DNA of 64,000 bases, taken from positions 1 through 64,000 of IMG/VR virus record IMGVR_UViG_3300035034_000989; one strand, written 5' to 3'. The position numbers and the translations under genes are program-made. The notes under the pieces were generated by a model. The model was not told the DNA's origin and did not search any database. It was given only the letters and a program-made list of their open reading frames with translations. The stretch's first letter is position 1, and every line of letters starts with the position of its first letter. The stretch comes from a virus. This document shows positions 59,025-64,000 of this stretch, piece after piece.

Positions 59025-59401
59025 TTAAACGTTTCATAGAAGTAAAATTTACAAAAGAGGGCGTTCATTGCTACCCGGCGGCGGCCACAGATCCTAAATT
59101 AAAAACAGGCGACTGGCTCGACGTATCATTTCTAGCTAACCCACATTTTCATTACTTCCACTTTGTTGTGGCCATCGAAGTATTCCAAAACGATAGAGAC
59201 ATCGAGTTTATACAGTTCTCTCGTTGGTTACAGCGCATGTATGCAAGCGACACGTTACAGCTAAACTCCAAAAGCTGTGAGATGCTTGCAGAGGATCTTA
59301 TTAACGAAGTTGTTAAAACATACCCTGGCAGAGCAATGGTAGTAGAAGTTTCCGAAGATGGCATTAACGGTGCTCGTCTAGAATTTACACCTAATGCCTG
59401 A
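59021..59401 (+). CDS. QueD-like T-fold protein (DpdL-like)
   Basis: EG.H.YP, LxxxHxHxF, DRDIEF, SCEMLA, VSEDG.NG. Confidence 0.65.
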   Translation: MIKRFIEVKFTKEGVHCYPAAATDPKLKTGDWLDVSFLANPHFHYFHFVVAIEVFQNDRDIEFIQFSRWLQRMYASDTLQLNSKSCEMLAEDLINEVVKTYPGRAMVVEVSEDGINGARLEFTPNA

Positions 59402-59739
59402 TGTATATTAAAGTGAAAAGTCGTAGTCTCAAGCGGTTACAAAAGATAGAACGCAATTGCCGTTGGCATCGGTTCTTTGTTATATGGCCACGCAAAATAT
59501 CAACTGTGAGCGGGTACAATGAATTTGCTTTCTTGACTTTTGTTTATCGTAAAGCTAAACTGTGTGTAAGTAGACATTACGAGGACTATTCGCTGTCTAT
59601 ATATTTTAATTTTGTATATGCCAAGACCGAACAAGAAGCATCGATGAGTATATTGTCGGCAGGCGACGAAATCAAGTTCCGTGATGAAGAAACGCAGAAC
59701 TATTACGAGCAATTAAAGGAACAAACTAATGAAGACTAA
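59401..59739 (+). CDS. Hypothetical protein, WHR.F family
   Basis: WHRFFVIWP...FL..VYRK. Confidence 0.55.
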   Translation: MYIKVKSRSLKRLQKIERNCRWHRFFVIWPRKISTVSGYNEFAFLTFVYRKAKLCVSRHYEDYSLSIYFNFVYAKTEQEASMSILSAGDEIKFRDEETQNYYEQLKEQTNED

Positions 59740-60199
59740 ACAATTAACATACGAGCAAATTACTGCACTCGTGCAACATCTAATCGTTGAAATTGAAGCG
59801 AGCAACTGGGAACCAGAGATTATCGTGGGTGTGTCCCGTGGTGGGCTATTACCTGCCATACTGCTCAGCAATCATTTTGAATGCCCGATGCAACCGTTGG
59901 TATGGTCTGCAAAAGATCCTAGTGGCAACGAGTGTAACTGCTGGTTACCAGAAGACGCGATTGCCGGCAAGCACACTCTTATAGTGGAAGACATAATTGA
60001 CACAGGCGAGACCATTAAACAAATTATGGAAGACTGGAATTCGTCAGTACACAAACACATTGACTGGGATTCAGTTGTAAAGGTTGCATGCTTGCACAAG
60101 CGTAACGCAACCGAGTTTGTGCCAGCTTATGTTGCTCACATATTAGATAACAATGATCATCAAGTTTACCCATGGGAGAATACAAATGCCAACCAATAA
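59729..60199 (+). CDS. Purine phosphoribosyltransferase (Gpt-like)
   Basis: GVSRGG, LIVEDIIDTGET PRPP loop, YPWE. Confidence 0.88.
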   Translation: MKTKQLTYEQITALVQHLIVEIEASNWEPEIIVGVSRGGLLPAILLSNHFECPMQPLVWSAKDPSGNECNCWLPEDAIAGKHTLIVEDIIDTGETIKQIMEDWNSSVHKHIDWDSVVKVACLHKRNATEFVPAYVAHILDNNDHQVYPWENTNANQ

Positions 60200-60377
60200 A
60201 AGTAAAGAACTAGTCATTACAGACGCAGAACTTAAAGAAGTTGAAGATCCTGTAATGGCCGCCGCACTCATGTTAAAAGAGTTACGCAGAATGAATGACC
60301 GATTGGACACAATCGATTGGAAAACTTGGGAAATGATGAAAAAGATTTCCCCGGAGTCAAACAAACCAGGAAGATGA
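60186..60377 (+). CDS. Hypothetical protein
   Basis: SD GGAGA; IDWK.WE motif. Confidence 0.55.
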   Translation: MPTNKSKELVITDAELKEVEDPVMAAALMLKELRRMNDRLDTIDWKTWEMMKKISPESNKPGR

Positions 60378-60724
60378 GTATGCGCAAATCACAAGACATT
60401 GAATTTGAATTCGCAATAGTCGAACCCGAGTACCATAACTTATTCACTTTGCATCACGGGTTCGGGTTAGGTGAGCTTAACGACAACATAGAAGCAGGTT
60501 TGACCAACAACCTTCTCACAGTACAAATTAAAAAAGATATATATGCACGCGCTTGTATTGACGCTCTCAAAGATGAACAGTTTGTGCTCAGCATATCGGG
60601 AATAGGGTTTGAGTTAAAGTATAACACGCTTTCAATTTCTATTACTGATCACATGGACCTACGCATCGACATAGACATCACTGCCTGGCCTCCGCTTGCC
60701 AGAGGGATAAGTAATGTACTTTAA
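60374..60724 (+). CDS. Hypothetical protein
   Basis: ATGA overlap. Confidence 0.5.
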   Translation: MSMRKSQDIEFEFAIVEPEYHNLFTLHHGFGLGELNDNIEAGLTNNLLTVQIKKDIYARACIDALKDEQFVLSISGIGFELKYNTLSISITDHMDLRIDIDITAWPPLARGISNVL

Positions 60725-61112
60725 AATGCCCGATGCACCCACCGAAGAAATAACCATGCTCATGCTGGATGGAAAAATGTTATCCACAGAAGATGTAAGA
60801 GAGATGGCCACAGGCGGTAACATAAAGTGTCACGTCGAAGGCATGGTAATGTCCATGCTGGTAAGCAATGATTATAGCGAACTCATGTACCATTTGCTGA
60901 ACACCGGTCAATGCACAATGGGATTAGGTCAAACTGAAATTTACCGCATAGTTGGCCCCATCCAAGTCGAAGATACAGAAGGCAGAAAGTTTTATAGATT
61001 ATTAGCCAACTTGGTACATATCGAACAGTCAGACGAAACGTGGGGTGGCATTGTTTATAACAAGGGCATAACCAAAATTAGAAATAAAGCGCAGGTTGAC
61101 AAGAATGCCTAA
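60714..61112 (+). CDS. Hypothetical protein
   Basis: SD GAGGG. Confidence 0.5.
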   Translation: MYFKMPDAPTEEITMLMLDGKMLSTEDVREMATGGNIKCHVEGMVMSMLVSNDYSELMYHLLNTGQCTMGLGQTEIYRIVGPIQVEDTEGRKFYRLLANLVHIEQSDETWGGIVYNKGITKIRNKAQVDKNA

Positions 61113-61124
61113 ATGCTGTATAAT
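61096..61124 (+). promoter_or_regulatory. Sigma70-type promoter (perfect) for queE
   Basis: TTGACA-N17-TATAAT. Confidence 0.85.
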
Positions 61125-61150
61125 GCACTGATAACAAATTAAGGATACTC

Positions 61151-62062
61151 ATGGCAGACGAATATAGATACACAGAGCTTTTTCGTTCTTTCCAAGGCGA
61201 AGGAACACACACTGGTAAAAACACATTATGGCTACGCTGGTTCATGTGTAACTTGACTTGTAACGGATTCGGACAAGCAGATCCTACTGATCCAAGCACG
61301 CATGTACTGCCATATGAAACGTTTGACATAATCGATGTAACAGATTTAGGACAACTTCCTGTTTTTGAATTCGGCTGTGACAGTTCTTACTCATGGGCTA
61401 AAAAATATAAACACTTGGCAAGCAATCACACAGCAGTTGAGATTGCAGATCGACTAGAAGAGAACCTGCGTTCTGTTTTTAACCCGCATGGCAAGTTCTT
61501 GCATCCGTTAAGCGGCGCTGAAACTCATATGTGCTTTACAGGCGGTGAACCCATGATGCGTAACAGTCAGCGTGGCATAGAAGCAGTCATGCGCGAGTTG
61601 CACACCAGAGGCAACATGCCCAACAATGTAACAATAGAAACCAACGGCACACAGAGAATGACCAAAGAGTTTGGCGAGTTCTTGGTATGGTTCGAAAGAA
61701 ATTCAGACAACGGCGAATGGTTCTGGAGTTTTAGTCCTAAGCTGTTTAACACAAGTGGCGAAACTGCACGCAAGGCAATTAAGCCAGCTGAAGTTGCACA
61801 TTACCAAGAGTACTCACAAGCAGGGCACTTGAAGTTTGTTGTTAACGGAACGACAGCCACGTGGGAAGAGCTAGAAGCGGTTGTTAAAGAGTTTCGAGCA
61901 GAAGGCATTGAATTTCCAGTTTGGATTATGCCGGTCGGTGCAACCAAAGAAGCCCAGGAAACGGAGCAAGTAAAGATAATTGTTGCTGAAACCTTGAGCA
62001 GAGGTTATAATGTTAGTGGAAGACTCCACGCACACATGCTGGGCAACGAATTAGGAACATAA
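61151..62062 (+). CDS. queE: 7-carboxy-7-deazaguanine synthase (radical SAM)
   Basis: E.F.S.QGEG..TG, CNLTC...CDS, TGGEP, IETNGT, SPKL, LKFV, RLH. Confidence 0.92.
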   Translation: MADEYRYTELFRSFQGEGTHTGKNTLWLRWFMCNLTCNGFGQADPTDPSTHVLPYETFDIIDVTDLGQLPVFEFGCDSSYSWAKKYKHLASNHTAVEIADRLEENLRSVFNPHGKFLHPLSGAETHMCFTGGEPMMRNSQRGIEAVMRELHTRGNMPNNVTIETNGTQRMTKEFGEFLVWFERNSDNGEWFWSFSPKLFNTSGETARKAIKPAEVAHYQEYSQAGHLKFVVNGTTATWEELEAVVKEFRAEGIEFPVWIMPVGATKEAQETEQVKIIVAETLSRGYNVSGRLHAHMLGNELGT

Positions 62063-62063
62063 C

Positions 62064-62264
62064 ATGGTTAACAGCTTTATTGAAGAACAAGTTAAAAAAG
62101 GCGCATCACTGATTGAGTTCGAATACGATAACAGTGTATCGGTTACAGAAGTAATCAACGACATTAACCGATCTCTCAAAGAGCTAGGAATAATCAAAAA
62201 ATATAAACTATCGATACGCAAGACAATTGTGCGTGTTGAACTTATCAAGGATGACAATGAGTAA
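62064..62264 (+). CDS. Hypothetical protein
   Basis: SD AGGA. Confidence 0.45.
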   Translation: MVNSFIEEQVKKGASLIEFEYDNSVSVTEVINDINRSLKELGIIKKYKLSIRKTIVRVELIKDDNE

Positions 62265-62877
62265 ACCAACTATACCATTTGGATGGATGCCAGGACATTG
62301 GGGTCTAAAAGGCAAGACGCGAGATATTGCACAAGCCGAATACGAACTCGAAGGATACGATCTTGAACTTAAACTGCTAAGTCTAAACAGCAGTCACCTT
62401 GATAATCGTGCTGAAGTATTCGAACGCGGCAAGGTAGAGCTTGACTTTAAACACGGCTACATGTCTGAAAGAGATTACGAATACACCGTTGCAAAATACA
62501 CCGAAGATGAAACCGAGCGCCAGTTAAAACTTCTTGATTTAGACTATCAGTACACTGACATGCGAGATCGAGATTACGACAAATCGAAATCTACTATCAA
62601 AAAAGAATCTTGGGTAAACGTGATTGATCTTAACGTGCGTGAAGATACCGGTAACTTTGAACTCGATTGGAACGAATACTTTATCACAGAACTTGAAGAA
62701 ACTGGTTTCAAAGGCACAAGTGATGAAGACATTGTTAACAGTTGGTTCAGTCGTATTTGCAGAGACATAGCAATGTCTGAGTATTCTGGAACTGGCGACT
62801 TTGACGAAAAACTAGCAGAAGTGGAAAGTGGCAGAGACGGTCCTACCGACAAAAACGGTCGGAGAATAATAAAATAA
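62257..62877 (+). CDS. Conserved phage hypothetical protein
   Basis: PF...P..WGL.G, FELDWN..FI..L...G..G...E.IV..WF. Confidence 0.65.
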   Translation: MSKPTIPFGWMPGHWGLKGKTRDIAQAEYELEGYDLELKLLSLNSSHLDNRAEVFERGKVELDFKHGYMSERDYEYTVAKYTEDETERQLKLLDLDYQYTDMRDRDYDKSKSTIKKESWVNVIDLNVREDTGNFELDWNEYFITELEETGFKGTSDEDIVNSWFSRICRDIAMSEYSGTGDFDEKLAEVESGRDGPTDKNGRRIIK

Positions 62878-63473
62878 ATATTTTAAACACCAGTATACCT
62901 GGTTGGACATCACCTGCTAAGTTAGAATGTCTTGCTGGATATGCGCGCCAAGTACCCGAGAACGGCTGGATTGTCGAAGTAGGCACCTTCTGCGGAAGAT
63001 CAGCGTTTGTACTGGCTGCCAATTCGTTGCCTTCTGTTAAGGTGACATGTATTGATCCCTGGTGTTTTAATGACGGTGACAGGCTGGTTGCGAAACACTA
63101 CCTTACCACATACGGCGACAGAGATTGCCACTATTCTCAACAGACGTGTGTTGAAAATCTTGCACAGTTTGGAGATCGGATAGAGCTTATAAAAACAACC
63201 AGTCCTTACTTTCACACTGACTTTGCTGAACGCAAGCCTAATTTGTTTTTTATAGATGGTGACCACAGCGGCGACGTTATTAAGCGAGAGCTAAAACTGT
63301 ATTACAATCATTTGGCACCAGGTGGCACAATGTTAATAGACGATTATCAACATCCTGTACATAAAGATTTAAGTAGAGAAGTAAGAAGCTTTGTGCTACA
63401 ATACAACTTAGATCTAGTTATAGTTAAAGAGAAAGATCCAAACTCACAATTCGCAATAATCGAGAAATTATGA
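62874..63473 (+). CDS. Class I SAM-dependent methyltransferase (Methyltransf_24-like), probable ATA start
   Basis: In-frame upstream extension gives IPGW...IVEVGTFCGRS; also FIDGDHS and GG..L.DDY. SD GGAGA precedes ATA at 62874. Confidence 0.75.
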   Translation: MNILNTSIPGWTSPAKLECLAGYARQVPENGWIVEVGTFCGRSAFVLAANSLPSVKVTCIDPWCFNDGDRLVAKHYLTTYGDRDCHYSQQTCVENLAQFGDRIELIKTTSPYFHTDFAERKPNLFFIDGDHSGDVIKRELKLYYNHLAPGGTMLIDDYQHPVHKDLSREVRSFVLQYNLDLVIVKEKDPNSQFAIIEKL

Positions 63474-64000
63474 AATACATACACATTGATAGCATGAACA
63501 TATTCTTTAGAAGTGTTCACACTTTAAACCCGAACGCTGGCATTGATGCGATGAGCGGCATGGCGCTACACACAATCTTTAACTCAGTTAGAAAGGTATG
63601 GCGCAAGTTTGGTGCAGACCATGCAGTGTTTCATACAGAAGGTCGTTCGTGGCGCAAGGACTTTTATCCACGCTACAAGCTTAACCGAAAAGTGGCACAA
63701 CTGGGAAAAACCGAAACAGAACGCGAAACAGATGAAATACTATTTGAAGCGTATGCTGATATTATTGCCTTCCTCAAAGAGAAGACCAATACAACTGTGC
63801 TACGCTGTTCGACTGCTGAGGCAGATGATACAATTGCATTGTTCATACAGTCGCATCCGGACGATGAGCACATAATTATATCAACTGACTCGGATTTTAT
63901 ACAGTTGTTAAAGCACGATAACGTTACAATCTACAACGGCGTGTCTGATGTTACAATGACCAAAGCTGGACTAACAGATGAGAAAGGTCGTGTACTTGAG
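63470..64000 (+). CDS. 5'-3' exonuclease / T4-type RNase H (FEN family), 3'-truncated
   Basis: ID.MN, EGRSWRK.FY..YK.NR, EADD, ISTDSDF.QL; not in the ORF track because it runs off the window. Confidence 0.9.
   Translation, partial: MKYIHIDSMNIFFRSVHTLNPNAGIDAMSGMALHTIFNSVRKVWRKFGADHAVFHTEGRSWRKDFYPRYKLNRKVAQLGKTETERETDEILFEAYADIIAFLKEKTNTTVLRCSTAEADDTIALFIQSHPDDEHIIISTDSDFIQLLKHDNVTIYNGVSDVTMTKAGLTDEKGRVLE

Noticed and set aside
63609-63875. 88-aa + strand ORF in the track
   Set aside because: Out-of-frame overlap of the RNase H/FEN gene that starts at 63470.

Overview
This window is part of a large dsDNA (jumbo, T4-related myovirus-like) phage genome. It is gene-dense and almost entirely on the + strand; only phoH and one small late gene are on the - strand. 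Replication genes: family B DNA polymerase, sliding clamp, clamp loader, ATP-dependent ligase, RNase H/FEN, a DEDDh exonuclease and a truncated DnaE piece. Nucleotide metabolism: nrdAB, thyA, MazG-like, HAD, Nudix and a PRTase. NAD+ salvage: NadM-Nudix and NAMPT, plus macrodomain and SLOG genes. Proteostasis: ClpX, ClpA, ClpP, ClpS, GroEL, GroES, DnaJ and Hsp20, plus SOD and PhoH. It also encodes a 7-deazaguanine pathway (folE, queD, queE, a TGT/DpdA-like transglycosylase). Host sigma70-type promoters (TTGACA-N17-TATAAT) and T4-late-like promoters (NATAAATA) both punctuate the window. The top lead is a locus next to the polymerase and clamp: a DpdA-like transglycosylase carrying the same FxxLF peptide as the polymerase, followed by a GT-B glycosyltransferase resembling queuosine mannosyltransferase, a DpdL-like T-fold protein, a purine PRTase and QueE. 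Together these suggest a replication-coupled, possibly sugar-modified 7-deazaguanine in phage DNA. Second, a conserved two-hairpin RNA element precedes both NAD salvage genes. Third, a ROSE-like RNA thermometer precedes the phage hsp20. Further leads are a split DnaE, leaderless late genes and putative capsid-targeting N-termini. All calls come from motif reading; no database searches were run. I saw no tRNA, rRNA, CRISPR array, intron or intein.
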